DNA of 64,000 nt from Hemiscyllium ocellatum (GCF_020745735.1 NC_083411.1:98442328-98506327), one strand, 5' to 3'; shown: positions 1 to 14,600, counted from the stretch's first letter. The notes: a model not told the origin generated them from the sequence alone. Made by a program: numbers and translations.

Positions 1-731
1 GTGAAAATGAGGAAAGAGAGCAGTTGGAGACTGATACAGTTGGGAAAAGCAGAAAGTCAAACAGTCAGGGCAGGCAGGAACAAAGCAGAGAATGGGATAA
101 GACTGATAAATTAAACTGCATTTATTTCAATGCAAGAGGTCTAACAGGGAAAGCAGATGAACTCAGGGCATGGTTAGGAACATGGGACTGAGATATCATA
201 GCAATTACAGAGATGTGGCTCAGGGATGGACAGGACTGTCAACTTAATGTTCCAACATACAAATGCAATAGGAAGTGGGGGGGGCAAGAGAGGAGGGGTT
301 GTGGTGTTTTTGATGAGGGACAGCATTATGGCTGTACTTAGGGAGGATCTTCAGGGAAGTTATTTGAGTGGAACTGAGAAATAAGAAAGAGATGATCACT
401 TTATTGGGTTTGTACGATAAATCCTCCAATAGTCAGCAACAAATTGAGAAACAAATGTGTCAGGAGATCTGTTATCTATAAGAATAATTGGGTGGTTATG
501 GTAGGGGGTTATAACTTTCCAAACCTAGACAAGGACTGCCACAGTGTTTTGGGTTTAGATGAAGAGACATTGTTAAGTGTGTACAAGAAAATTTTCTGAT
601 TCAGTATTTGAATGTACCAACTAGAGAAGCTGCAAAAATTGACCTGCTCTTGGCAAATAGTGCAAGTGACTGAGGTGTCCGTGGGGGAGTTCCTCGGGGC
701 CAGTGACCATCATTGCATTAGTTTTAAAACA

Positions 732-937
732 CAGTAGTCCCTCCGGACCCGAGGGGGATATGTCCCAAGGCCTACCACGGAAGTCCGAAACTGCATTCAT
801 TTAAACAGGAAATTTACCTTTCTGGCAGATCCTTGGTTCCTGGTTCTGGAATGTCCCCTGAAATATGTTTGAGTGGAAGTAAACTGTGGGTGACTAAAAC
901 CGTCGAAAAGGATTCTGCAGATACGGCGGTCGCCCTG
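732..937. mobile_element. Tigger/MER2-like Tc1-mariner MITE inserted in CR1
   Basis: Begins CAGTAGTCCCTCC...GGGGGATATGTCCCAAG and ends ...GATACGGCGGTCGCCCTG (degenerate TIRs); the CR1 sequence resumes on both sides. Confidence 0.65.
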
Positions 938-1874
938 TTGTGATGGAAGAGGATAGACCAAATCTGAACGTTGAAGTTCTAAATTGGAGGAAGGCTAATT
1001 TTGACGGTATTAGGCAAAAGCTTTCAAAAGTCGGTGGGTGCATATGACTGTTGATAAATGGCTGGCTGGAAAATTGAAAGCCTTCACAAATTAGATAACA
1101 AGAGTCCAAAGACAGCATGTTCCTTTTTGGGTGAAAGGCAGGGCTGGTCATTGTAGGGAATGCTGGACTCGAGAAATTGAGATTTTGGCTTAAAAAAAAG
1201 GAAGCATCTGTCGGGTATAGACAACAGAGATTGAGTGAATCCTTCGAATGGAAACGCAGTAGGAGTATACTTAAAAGGGAAATCAGGAGGGCGAAAAAGG
1301 GACATGAGGTAGCTTAGACAAGTAAGGGTTAAGGAGGAACCGAAGGGAGTTTATAAATACATTAACAGAACGGTAACTGGGGAGTGAGCCTATGTGCAGA
1401 ACCGCAGGAGATGGCGGAGATATCAAACAAGTAATTTGCATCAGTGTTTACTGTGGAGAAGGACCTGAAAGATACAGAATCTGGGGAAATAGATGGTGAC
1501 ATCTTGAAATATGTCTATCTTACAGAGGGGGATGTGATGTGTGTCTTAAAATGCATAAAGGTGGATAAATCCCCAGGACCTGATCAGGTGTATCCTAGAA
1601 CTCTGTAGGAAACTAGGGAAGTGATTGCTAGGCCCCTCATTGAGATATTCAGATCATCGATAGTCACACATGAGGCCCGAGAAGACTGGAGGTTGGCTAA
1701 TGCGGTGCCACTATTTAAGAAAGGTGGCAAAGAAAAGCCAGGGAATTGTAGACCCATGAGTCTGACATTGATGGTGGGCAAGTTGTTGAGGGAATCCTGA
1801 AGACAGGATTTACGTGTATTTGGATAGTCAAGGACTGATTAGGGATAATCAGCATGGTTTTGTGTGCAAGAAAC

Positions 1875-2188
1875 GGGCGGCACGGTGGCACAGTGGTTAG
1901 CACTGCCGCCTCACAGCGCCTGAGACCCGAGTTCGATTCCCGAATCAGGCGACAGACTGTGTGGAGTTTGCACGTTCTCCCCGTGTCTGCGTGGGTTTCC
2001 TCCGGGTGCTCCGGTTTCCTCCCACAGTCCAAAGATGTGCGGGTCAGGTGAATTGGCCATGCTAAATTGCCCGTAGTGTTAGGTAAGGGGTAAATGTAGG
2101 GGTATGGGTGGGTTGCGCTTCGGCGGGTCGGTGTGGACTTGTTGGGCCGAAGGGCCTGTTTCCACACTGTAAGTCTAATCTAAAAAAA
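1875..2188 (+). mobile_element. HE1-like tRNA-derived V-SINE, full length, young
   Basis: tRNA-like head with A/B boxes (GGCACAGTGGTTAG; GTTCGATTCCC), V-domain (TGTGTGGAGTTTGCACGTTCTCCCCGTGTCTGCGTGG), TAATC tail; CpG-rich; splits CR1 RT. Confidence 0.9.
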
Positions 2189-3424
2189 TCATGTCTCACT
2201 AACTTGATCAAGTTTTTTGAATAAGCAACAAAGAGGAGTGATGACGGCACAGTGGTGGGTGTGATCTCTATGGACTTCAGTCAGCTGTTCGACAAAGTTC
2301 TTCATGATAGACTGATTAGCAAAGTTAGATCACATGGAATACAGGGAGAACTAGCCATTTGGATACAGAACTGAGTTGAAGGTGGAAGACAGAGGGTGGT
2401 GGTGTTTGTGAGGGGTTGCTTTTCAGACTGGAGGCCTGTAACCAGCTTTATCCCACAAGGGTTGGTGTTGGGTCCACTACTTTTCGTCATTTATGCAAAT
2501 GATTTGGATGTGAACACAGCAGGTATAGTTCGCAAGTTTGCAGATGACACCAAAATTGGGGGTGTTGTAGACAGCAAAGTGAACTACCTCCGAGTACAAC
2601 AGGATATTGATGAAATGGGCCAATGGGTCGAGGAGGGACAGATGGAGTTTAATTTAGAAAAGGCAAATCGGGACAGGACATGCACTTAATGGTAAGATGT
2701 TGGTGAATAGAGAGACCTTGAAGTGCAGGTTCTTAGTTCCTTGGAAGTGGAGTCTCAGATAGATAGGATAGTGAAGATGGTGTTTAGTGTGCTTTTCTTT
2801 CTTGGCCAGAACATTGAGTATAGGAGTTGGGAGGTCATGTTGTGGCTGTACAAGACATTGGTTAGGCTGCTTTTGGAATATTGTGTGCAATCCTGGTCCC
2901 CCTCCTATTGGAAGGTTGTCGTGAAATTTGAAAGGGTTCAGAAAAGATTTACAAGGATGTTTCCAAGGTTGTAGTGTTTGAGCTATATGGAGAAGCTGAA
3001 TAGGCTGGGGCTGTCTTCCCTGGAGGGTGGCAGGCTGTGGGGTCAGCTTATAGAGGTTTATAAAATCATGAGGAGCATGGATTGGGTAAAGGTCTTTTCC
3101 CAGGGGTGGGGGGAATCCAGAACTAGAGGGTATAGGTTTAGGGTCAGAGGGCAAAGATTTAAAAAGGACCTAAAGGGCAACTTTTTCACACAAAGGAGGT
3201 TGTATGTTTGGAATGAGCTGTCAGAGAAGTGTTGGAGGCTAGTACAATTCCACCATTTGAAAAGCCATCTGGCTATATGGATATAGGAATAAGAAAGTTT
3301 ACAGGGATATGGGCCAAGTGTTGGCAAATGTGACTTGGATTAATTTAGGATATCTGGTTGGCATGGATGAGTTAGCCCATAGGGTTTGTTTCTGTGCTGT
3401 ATCTCTCTATGACTGTATAACTCA

Positions 3425-4850
3425 GTGTTCAGTCCAAAAGACTATAAAGTGCCTAGTCAGTTTGCGCTGTGATTCACTGAAACACTGCAGCATGCCGAGG
3501 ATGGACACGTGGGCATGCGAGTAGGATGCTGTGCTAAAATGACCAGCTTCATGAAGGTCAGGGTCATGCTTGCGCACAGACCGGAGGTCATCCCCAAAAC
3601 GGTCATCCAATCTGTGTTTGGTTTCTCCAGTTTCAAGTAGGCCAATTTGGACGCAGTGAATACAATATGTAAGATTGGAGAAGGTACAAGTAAAATGCTG
3701 CTTCACCTGGAAAGACTGTCTGGGCCCTTGGTTGGTGAGCAGAGAGGAGGTGAAGGAGCAGGTGTTGTACCTTCTGTGGTTACATGGGGAGGGGCAGGAA
3801 GGGATGTTGGTGGTTGTGGAATGGACGGTGGTGTCCCAGCGGGAATGATCCTTGTGAAATGCAAACAGGGTGAGTGAGAGGAAAATGTTATTAGTGGTGG
3901 CATTCTGCTGGGGTTATCTGAAATTGTGGATTTTTCAACGTGGAGGCTATTGACTTGAGAAATGACAAGGGAAACCTGATCACACTGTTGTGAGTCATAA
4001 GAAAGGGCAAGGGTGGAAGCATGGGTGATAGGTCAGATATGGTTGAGGCCTTTGTCAACCACAATGGGTGGAAAACCATAGATATTTAAAGAAGCAAGCC
4101 ATGTCAGCAGCGCCTGTTTTGGAAGGTGACATCATCTGAACAGAGTCGACTTGGGTGAAGGGACTGGGAAAATCGGGTGGACTCCTTGCAGGTTGCGGGG
4201 TTTGACGAGTTGTAGTGAAGGTTCCTTTGGGAGTTAGCGACATTTTTGTGGATGGTGGTGGACAATTTATTCTTCCAAAATGGAGACAGAAGTTAAGGAA
4301 GGGAAGTGTCAGAAATGGACGATGTGAAGATTAGAGGGGTGGCAATTGGAGGCAAAATGAACAAAATCCTGGCAGGAGCAGAAGCGACACAGAACCCGTT
4401 GTCGATGTAGCAAAAAGAGTTGTGGGAGGGGTCCAGTGTAAGACTAGAACTAGGATTCTTCCACATAGCCCATAAAGATGAAGGCATTACTGGGTGCCCA
4501 TAGCCACTCCTTTGCCTTGGCAGAAGTGAGATGAATTAAGGGAGATTCAGTAAGAGAATAAGTTCCTCCTGGCTGAGGAGAGTGGTGGTGGATGGTCAAA
4601 GAAGAAGCCAAGAGGTCTCAGACCATCCTGTTGGGGGATGACGGTGTAGAGGGATTAGGCATTCATGGTGAATAGAAGGCAGTTATGGCCAGGGAATCGG
4701 CAATTGTCAATATGGTGGAGGGCATCAGTGAAATGATGGTTGTATGTGGGCAGGGTCAGGACAAGTGGAGAGAGGATGGAGTCAAGGTAGGAGAAAATGA
4801 GCTTAGTGGGAAAGGAACAGGCTGCTATGATGGGCTCACTGGGGTTTGCT
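3425..4850 (-). mobile_element. Decayed Penelope-like element (RT plus GIY-YIG endonuclease)
   Basis: Minus ORF KQHFTCTFSNLTYCIHC...GETKHRLDDRF...AGHF is a GIY-YIG pattern; upstream degenerate RT (CYIDNGF). Confidence 0.8.
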
Positions 4851-5558
4851 GTCTCTCCAGGGATGTTGTCTGATCCTCTGTGATCTCTAGTATTTCTTCA
4901 GTACACTTCAGCATCTGCAGTAATTTGCTCCTTTTTAAGTCTCGTGGCTATTCAGTGAAGAATAGTAGGCAGCCGGAGCAAGCTAATCATCCTGCTTTTG
5001 TACTGATCTTTGTCTCACCTTCATTGAGCTGTATCTTTCCCCTCTACTTGCAGAGTTCTGCGATCGTTTGCTATTACCCAGTATCAGCTGTGATGGCATT
5101 TACCTGAAATCCGTGGAGAGTGATGTCTGTTTCTTTCTTATATTATTTGTTCTGTCAGTTGTCTAGATTGTGCACAGTTATGCGTTTTATTCCCATTGAT
5201 TTGGAATAGTTAATAATCTGCCTAGTTTTCTTATGTTTACAGGTCCAACTGCTTATTGCCTCCCAGAATGTGATGTTGCTGATTACTTTGGCAAATGTAT
5301 GAGCGTTTAGCATTTGTTTCAGAGTTTCAAGTGCTGTAAATATAGAGTATATCAATATTGGGCAACCTGAGCCATTTGAATGCATGTGTCAGTTTTCCTG
5401 GAAGTAACTTGTGATTTCTGTGAGAATGATTGTTTTGTCTTTGTTTGTGATCTGCATTTTTTCAAATGAACATAGCATTTGTGTGACTTTGTGCTGGACT
5501 GGTTTGTGCTTTTTTTTAACTAAGTAGAAATGGTTTTGCAGGTGATTATTGGACCAGT

Positions 5559-5648
5559 ATGGATGAAGAAACACGCAGCCTGTTCCAGCGCGTAGCTGGT
5601 CGACTTGGTTGGACAGAACATGGTGATTTGAATGCCATTGAAGCACAG
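5559..5648 (+). CDS. GCNA: GCNA coding exon 1 (MDEETRSLFQRVAGRLGW...; exon starts at 5542, so a non-coding exon lies upstream)
   Basis: Acceptor ttttgcag at 5534-5541, ATG at 5559, donor gtgaag at 5649, phase 0. Confidence 0.8.
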
Positions 5649-8600
5649 GTGAAGATGATCCTATGTCCAAGGATAGAATTGCATTTAAAATTAATTCTGT
5701 ATCCCTCACGTATGGCAACTGAAATAAATATTTATATTGCAAGCCCTACGCAACTTCCCATGCAATACTGAAGGTATAGCACCTGCCCGTTTACCTCCTC
5801 CTAAACATACCTTTCAGGCAAAGCAGCACTTTGTCTGCACTTCTCACAATCTAGTCCACTGCATTCGCTGCTCACAATGTGGTCTCCTCTACTTTTGGGA
5901 AACAAAGTGTAGACTGGGTGACTTTTGCACAATATCTACATTCTGCCCGCCAAAAAGACCCTGAGCTTCCAGTTGCCTGTCACTTTAACGCATTACCCTG
6001 TTCCCTGGCCAGCACCTCTGTCTCAGGCGTCAGTGCTCCAGCGAAGCTCAGTGCAAGCTGGAAGAACAGTATCTCATTTTCTGCTTGGGGACCCTACTGC
6101 CCTCTGGACTCAATATCGAGTTCACTAATTTTAAGGCCTGAACTCTCCCATGTCTTAGCCTTCTACAACAAATGCCAGGCCTTGTTATTACATAGTCTGC
6201 CATTACACACTACCCATTGTTAGCCACTAACAGTGCCCGTTAATAGCTATTCATCCTCCCAGCCAGATTGTTATTGACTTCTTTGTCTGTCCAACTGTTG
6301 TTCTCTCTCTTTGGGCTCTATCCCTAACTATTGTTTACTCCTTATTCCCCACCCTCACCTTATCTTCAACATATAAACCTACATTTTTCTAGCTGAGGAA
6401 GGGTCAACAGACCTGAAATGTTAACTTTGATTTCTCTTCTCAGATGCTGCCAGACTCACTGAGCCTTTCCAGCAACTTCTGTTTTTGTAACAATGATGTT
6501 AGTTATTGAAGATTATTACCTTTTTTGTACACAAGATAACATAAGCTGTTTAGAGGTGTATCTGTTTGGACAGCAGCTTGGTTAATTTGAACAGTACAAT
6601 TCAGTATTCTTTACCTCGTCTGCATTGTTTCACTTCTCCCTGCCCCACCACTGCTTAACCTGAATATTTCTGCTAGGGATGTATCTGGAGAAAGTAAGAT
6701 GAAATTCTCATAGGACTTGTTTCGGTCCATTAAAACCAAGCTTTTGGTCATTGCTCCTCATAATTTATATTGATAATGTTAAGTTACCAACTATCTCTTC
6801 CTTCAACATATTCTATGTTTAGATATTAAAGGCGTCAAGGGGTGTTTGGAGGAAGTATCTAACATGCTTCCACTATCAGCTGTGACACATTGGATGGCAG
6901 AACAAGCTTGAAAGACTGAATGACCTACTCCTGCTCCTAGTTACTATGTGTCTCACTTTTCTTAACATTTTATAGTGTCTTAGGTTCATTGTCCTATCTT
7001 AAAAGCATTGGATCAGTGCAAGCTGATAACTGATATACCCAAGTTTCACAGTTGCTATGCATTAACGTAAAGATACATCTTTCTTTGCCGACTCTTACCT
7101 AGACTCATCTAGTCATGCCCATGGGAACTGACATAATTTTAGATGTTCCATAATTTCGTCAGTGGAACTTTGTTCTGTACTGTTGTTGTGGAAATCAAAT
7201 CGACTCGACTCAAATGCTAGCGGGAGCAAAGAAAAAGATTATTTGTAACCTCTGCAGGGGACCCCATACATTGGCAAGACACCTCCATGTAAGGGGCGCC
7301 TGATAGCTTTCACATATTCCCTGTATACTATAATTTGCTTCTCCTTATCAACACCTCAAGGCCAGGAGCCTGGAACATTCGAGTTCCTTCCCATATATGG
7401 AGTTGTTTTTCTCATTCCTTGACTGTTGATATGGTAGTTTACTGGCCATGTAAGTTCTGCTGATAGATTTAACTTTACATTTTTTTCTGTCTGTCTGCAA
7501 TGCTTACCCTCTGTAAAGTCAGGCCCTTACTACTTTGTTTTCCCATGCTTTTATGGATTTCACAATAAATGTTACTTTTCCACTACAACTGTTTTTTGTA
7601 CTTGCAAATAGACCTTTCGGTCCAAGTTGCCCTTGCTAACCAGATATCCTAAACTAATCAAATTCCTTTTGACAGTATTTCACGCACATCCCTGTAAACC
7701 CTTCCTATTAATGTATCCATCCAAATGCCTTTCAAATGTTGCAATCATACCAGCCTCCTCCACTTCTTCTGGCAGCTCATTCCATACACTGACCACCGTC
7801 TGTGTGGAAAAAGTAGCTCCTTGTGTCCATTTTCAATCTTTTCCCTCTCACCTTAAACCTGTGCCCTATGGTTCTGGACTCCCCTACCCTGGGGAAAAGA
7901 TCTTGGCTATTCACTCTGTCCATGCCCCTTGTGATTTTGTAAACTTCTATAAGGTCACCCCTCAGCCTCTTGATGCTTGTGTTTTAATCTTGTCATTGTA
8001 GAACTGAATATACTTCTGGATTGTTTTACCATTTTTCAGCTTCAAGAAAGAATCACAAAATCCTTGCAAAGTAATCTTAAAGATACCACAACAAATCTGG
8101 AGTCAGAATCAGGGGAGAGTCCAAATAACTATGATTCGTGTGTATGCAAACTGTTATTGTCCAGTTCTGAGGACGAGGCTGAATCACGGCCAGAGATTAC
8201 TCCGGAAAGCAGGCAAGAAGGACCTGATGATTGTGCATGGACAAAGAAAACGTGTGAGAAGCCACAGAGTCACCATGGAGCCATAGTAATCTCAGATTCC
8301 AGTGATAGTGATTTAGAGACATGTAAGCAGCAGGTGTACTTCAATATTACTTTTTGCTTTAATCATATTGCCAGTATTAAAATTATTGTATTTGGCACGC
8401 ACAACCCTGAAAAGTCTGCCCATGTACAGCAAGTATTTGTCGCAAATGATTTGATCTGCATTGAACAAACTGAATGTAGAATTCAGTGTATCTGCCACAG
8501 ATACACTTCTGGGTTCTTTCTGTTTTTGAAGGTTGGGAACTTGGTGAAATAATCAATGAACTCAAGTATCAGTCTTCATGGTGGAAGACACCTGTAGCAT

Positions 8601-11600
8601 ACCAGAACTTCAACACAGGCAGAGCTGTGTGTCGTGTCCATCACTAAGGAGAAGGTGCTGGAAAAGCTGAAAGTTCTGAAGGTGGATAAATTACCCAGAC
8701 CAGATGAACTACACCTCAGAATTCTGAAGGAGATAGCTGAGGAGATTGTGAGGGCATTGGTGGTGATCTTTCAGGAATCACTGGAGTGAAGGAGCGTCCC
8801 AGTGGACGAGAAAATGGCTAATGTAATAGGCCTGTTTAAGGAGGGAGACAGGTAGAAAATTATACGCTGATGAGCCTGCTTTTATCAAGATTTTAGAGTT
8901 CATTGTTAAAGAGATTGTGGGCTACTTGGAAGTGCATGGTAAAATATGGCTGAGTCAGCTTGGTTTTGTCAAGGAGAAGTCATGCCTGACAAATCTGGTA
9001 AATTCTTTGAGGAGATAACAAGCAAGTTAGACAAAGCAGAGCCAGTGGACGTGATTTATTTGCATTTTCAGTAGGCCTTTGAGAAGGTACTACACTGGAG
9101 GCTGGTAAATAAGGTAAAAGCCCATGGCACCAAGGCATGGCATGGTTAGAAGATAGGTTGACTAGAGGAAGGCAGAGAGCAGGGATAAAGGAGTTCTTTT
9201 CAGAATGACTGACATCTGATGACTAGTGTCGAGCCCCATAGGAGTCAATTTTGGGGCCACGGCTATTCACAATCTGGCTGAGGGAACTGAGAGCATTGTT
9301 GCTCAGTTGGTAAATTACATTAAGAGAAGTGGAGGGACGGGTAGTGTTGAGGTGGGAGGCTGCAAAGGACTTGGATAGGCTTGGAGAGTGGGCAAAGAAG
9401 TGGCAGATGGAATACAATGTAGGAAAGTATGAGGTTATGCACTTTGGTTTGAATAATAGCAATATGAACTATTTTCTAAATGGAGAAAGCTTTGGAAATC
9501 CAAAGCTCAAAGTGATTTTGAACCCTGAATGAGGACTCCTTAAGGTTAACATGCAGATTCAGTTGGCAGTTAGGAAGACAAATGCAATGTTAGCATTTGT
9601 TTTGAAATGACTGGGTTACGAGAGCAATGATATACTACTGAGACTGTATAAGGATCTGGTCAGATGGCATGTGGAATATTGAGAATAGTTTTGGACCCTG
9701 CATCTAAGGAAGGTATATGCTGGCGTTGGAGGGAAACCAGAGGAGGATTTAAAGAATGATCCCAGGGATGAAGGGCTTGTCATGTGAGGAGCAGTTGAGG
9801 ACTTTGGGTCTGTACTCAATGGAGTTTTGAAGGATTTGGGGGGGATCTGAAAGAGTGGATGTGGACAAGATGTTTCTCTTGGCAGGAAAAACCAGGACCT
9901 GACTTCAGAGAGAAGAGATGTCCATTTAGAAATGAGAGGAGGACAAATTTATGTAGCTAGAAGGTAGTGAATCTCTTGAACTCATTGCCACAGAAGGCTG
10001 TGAGGGCAAGTCATTGAGTGCATGTAAGACAGACAGTCCTTCATTAGTAAAGGGATCATTGATTATGAGAAGAGGCAAGAGAATGGGTTTGAGAAACATA
10101 TCAGCCATGATTGAAAGGTGGGGCAAACTCTGGGCAGAATGGCCTAATTCTACTCCTATCCCATTTGGTCTTTATGCTTTTTGTTCCGTAGATTTTGTTC
10201 TCTTTAAAATAGTTGTCTTATTTGAGTTTAGTTTGTACACTGCATCAAGTATTCTTAAAGTTTACGTACAGCCTACAGATGCCAAAATGTTTCTTTGCTT
10301 TTATTTATGCCCTTGTTTCTCTCTTTATGCACACCATCCCAAAAATGCATAAATTGAAAACCAACTTGCAGGACTCTGTTTCTTTAAATTTGTTCAATAG
10401 ATCATTCCACTGAGATGCACTGTACATTTAAAGGAGTGTTTCTGGATTTGTTTGTTTCATTTTAACATTGTTTGAAGTTTCTAATCCAAGATATTCACTC
10501 TATTTTTACAGGCGTTCTCTCTAATGTCGTCCAAAAGAAGGCATTAAACTCAGACTTTAAAGCAAGAAGGACCTTAAAGACCACGAATAGAAGGTGTGGG
10601 TATAGTTGAAATACTGTAGGGATGTCGCAGTCTCTTGTTTCAATAAATCCTGATCGAAGTCATCTGGAGAGATTTTTCCATCATGTATAGATTGTTTAAG
10701 CGACATGCCATTTTTCAAATATATTGATTATTAACCTATCCAAGACTATGCCGGAACTCAAGTATGTGCTCAAGTGATTTTTGAATTTCAAGCTACTGAT
10801 GTTAGATTTTTCATATGTAGAAGTAGTTCACATGTCTGGATTAGAGTCCTTAGTCATGGCAACTTTTCGAAAGAACCTGAACTCTGTTAAAATAGACAGT
10901 ATTTACAGAAGATCCGATGTTTATGCTCAAAATTATAAAGAGCTTGGTAAAATGGGATAAGAGTATTTCAATACGTCATTAATGTAGTAACCATAGCATA
11001 AAAAAATTTAAGATAATTAAAAATGTTAAGATATATTTTAGATCATTCTACATCTAAATATGGTGTAAGTAGAATCCATAATATCAGCTGTCAATATCTT
11101 GAACAGAAACTTCACTGAAATCAGACATATACACAATGCTTGAGAATTCTGATGAATAACCTGTCTCCCCAATACCTGCAGCTCTAATAACACTGAAGAA
11201 GCTTGCCATTATCCAGAACCAAATATCCTCCTTGACTGATACTCTATCTACCACATTGAACATCCAATTCCTTCATCACTGATGCACAAAAGCAGTAGTA
11301 TAAGCCATCTATAAGATGCACTGTAGTAATTATTCACCATGACTCCTATGACAATGTTTTCTAAACTGAAATCTCTATCTCTGAGAAGGATAAATAGCAG
11401 GTGCACGGAAATACTCACAACAGAAAGTTTCACACTAAGTCATACACTCCTGTCTTGGACTATTTTCATGTTCTTTCTCTTGTATGATCAAGATCCTGGA
11501 ACACTCTTTCTAACAGCGCTACAGTCGTCTCTACACCCAAAGGAGTGCAGTGGTTCATGAAAGCAGTTCACCACCAGTTTCTCCAGAGGAACAAATGCTG

Positions 11601-14600
11601 GCCTCGTCAGTACTGCCCACGTTCGTTGAGTTAATAGTTTTAAAAAATGTTTTAAAGGGGAAATTGATGCAGATGTTGGAAACAATTGGCAGTGTAGGTA
11701 AATATCTGATTATTTCAATAGCGAAGATAGTTTTAAAACTATCTATCACTGTCTATATGGTTTGTTTCATGATCAAAATACATCTCAGTGCATTTGAGCC
11801 AATGGTGTGCTTTTGGAGTATAATCACCGTTTATTGTTCAGATGGGGCAGCCATTAAGCACGCCCAGATGTTTCAAACTGCAATGCAATAACAGCCAGGT
11901 GATCTGTTTTCTTTTGATGTTTACTTGAGATATAATTGAGCAGGTTAATGGGGATGTATTGGAGTCATAGAGATGTACAGCAGAAAAACAGACCGTTCAG
12001 TCCAACTGATCCAAGCCAACCAGATATCCTAACGATCTGCAGTCTCCTGGTGCAGTATATCCTCCTCCTCTCTCTTCTCTTCTCTCATCTCCCCACTGTG
12101 GACCATCAATAAGCCAGGGTGTCAAACCTGAACTCGATGGAGAATGCAGGAGAGTATGCTAAGAGCAGCACCAGGCATACCTAAAAATCCTGCTCTTTTA
12201 AATAGTGTGACAGGATCATTGGTCCCACTGAAAGGACAGAAGGGACCTTTGCTTCCGGTCTGTACTGAAAAGCAGCCTGTATGCATTATTGTTCTATAAA
12301 TAGAAGTCATTGTCATGATAAACTTTGTTCATATTTTGCCTGTATCAGATTATCTGAACCAAACACAGATTCCAGTGGTGATGAAGATTATGAAAAATGT
12401 GAGTACCATCTTAAATGTGTGCCTGTGTTTAAGTTTTACTTTCGACTTCAACAAACTCGACTTTAGAGGTTCAAAATTTGTCACCCTGTAGTTGTATTGA
12501 ACACATCAAGATAACTGCATGATTAATTATTTGTACAATATAAAAACAGCTTCAACAGAATACCTTAATCAACCTTCAGAACACCAGAATGAATTGGTAA
12601 GACTACTAATATGCATGTTTACTGAGCAGTTCTGTATTAGGGCTATATTGCTGTGAATTGGACCAGCAGAGGCTTTGTTGCTGGAAGACCTTGCACCTGT
12701 GTGCAGCCTGCACAATGTTTTGCTCATGAATCACCTGTTTGATGCTTCTTGGGGGAGGAGGAGAAGGGTCTTGATAACTGTGGGGTGGGGGAGGAGCATG
12801 GAGTTAGAAGGATGATTGATGAAATAGTGGAGTCAGTGTTCAGCCTGAGGGAGCGGAAGGACTAGAGCTGTGGATTTGGATTCAGTGAGTTTGGAATGGA
12901 ACACAAGATGTGGATGGGATTTGTAGCATTGGTGTCTGGCTTCATCAGTTTGAAGAACATAGAAAATAGGACCAAGAGTAAGCAATTCAGCCATTCGTCA
13001 TTCATTATTATCATGGCTAATCATCCGATACAATACTCTATATGCATTCTCTACAAAAGAGGGAGGAGTGGCATTGCTGGTCAGGGATGATATCATGGCT
13101 GTGTTAAAAGAGGACACTATGGAGGGCTTGAGTAGTGAGGTATTAAGGGTGGAGCTGAGAAATAAGAAGGGTGCAGTTACATTGTTGGGGCTGTATTACA
13201 GACCTCCCAACAGTGAGCGTGAAGTAGAAAAACAAATAGGAAAACAGATTATGGAAAGATGTAGAGGCAATAGGATAGCAGTGATGGTAGATTTGAATTT
13301 TCCCAACATTGACTGGGATACACCTTTAGTGTCAGAGGTCTGGATGGGGCAGAATTTGTAAGAAGTGTCCAGGAGAGTTTTCTAGAGCAGGATGTCAATA
13401 GCCCGACAAGGGAAGGGACCAGATTGGACCTGGTGTTGGGGAATGAGCCAGGCCAGGTGGTTGAAGTTGCAGTGGGGGATGTCTTTGGGAACAGTGACCA
13501 CAAGTTTGTAAGTTTTCAAATAATTGTAGACAAAGGTGAGAGTGGTCCTAAGGGAAGAGTACTAAACTGGGCCAAGGCCGATTATATCAACATTTGGTAA
13601 GAGCTGGGAAATGTGGATTGGACGCAGCTATTTGAAGGGAAGTCCACATTTGATATGTGAGAGGCTTTCAAAGATAGTGCAGGACAGGCATGTCCCGTTG
13701 TAAGCAAAGGATAGGAAACGCAAGATTCGTGAACTGTGGATGACAAGAATAATCATACGACTAGCCAAGAGGAAAAGGGAAGCGTACATAAGACCCAGGT
13801 AGTTAAGAACAGAACAGGCCCTGGAGGAATATCGGAAGAAGAGAACCAGTCTTAAACAAGGAATCAAGCGGGCTAAAAGGGAACATGAAGTAGCTTCAGC
13901 AAGCAGAATTAAAAAGAATCCTAAAGTATTTTATTCTTATATAAAAAGCAAGCGGGTAACTAGAGAAAGGATTGGTCCATGAAAGGATATAGAAGGAAGG
14001 CTGTGTGTTGAACCTGAGAGAATGGATGAGATTTGGAATGATTACTTTGCGTCAGTGTTCACCTGAGGAGAGGAACATGATTAATGTTGAGATCAGCATA
14101 GAAGGTTGATAACTCTGGATCACGTTGACGTAAGTAGGGAAGGTGTGTTGGGTATCTATCCCAGGGAACTGAGGGAGACAAGAGAAGAAATAGCTGGGGC
14201 CCCGACAGATACCTTTTGTGGCATCCTTATACACAGGTGAGGTGTCGGAGATCTGGAGGGTTGCTTGTGTTGTCCCCCTGTACAAGAAGGGTAATAGGGA
14301 TATTCCGGGTAACTACAGACCAGTGAACCTGACGTCAGTGGAGGGAAAGTTGCTGGAGAAGATACTGTGGGATAAAATCTATTTATATTTTGAAAAGAAT
14401 GGGCTTATCAGTGATGGACAACATGGTTTTGTGCGGGGGAGATCGTGCCTTACCAATTTAATAGAGTTCTTTGAGGAAGTGACCAGGTTGATGGATGAAG
14501 GAAGGGCTGTAAGTGTCATTTACATGGACTTTGGTAAGACATTTAATAAGGTTCCCCATGGTAAACTAATAGAGAAAGTGAAGTCATATGGTGTGCAGGG

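Larger units (their letters stand above)
1..3418 (+). mobile_element. Decayed CR1-type LINE (AP endonuclease plus RT, through 3' end), interrupted by a MITE and a SINE
   Basis: LNCIYFNARGL...AITEMWL endonuclease start; PQGLVLGPLLF, FADDTK and ERVQKRFTRM RT motifs; many stops and frameshifts; ctctatgact-type tail. Confidence 0.9.

Noticed and set aside
1875-1950. tRNA-like sequence
   Set aside because: It is the SINE head; not a standalone tRNA cloverleaf gene.
1715-2167. 150-aa ORF and similar ORFs at 32767, 34889, 42168 and 57158
   Set aside because: Antisense translations of HE1-like SINEs.
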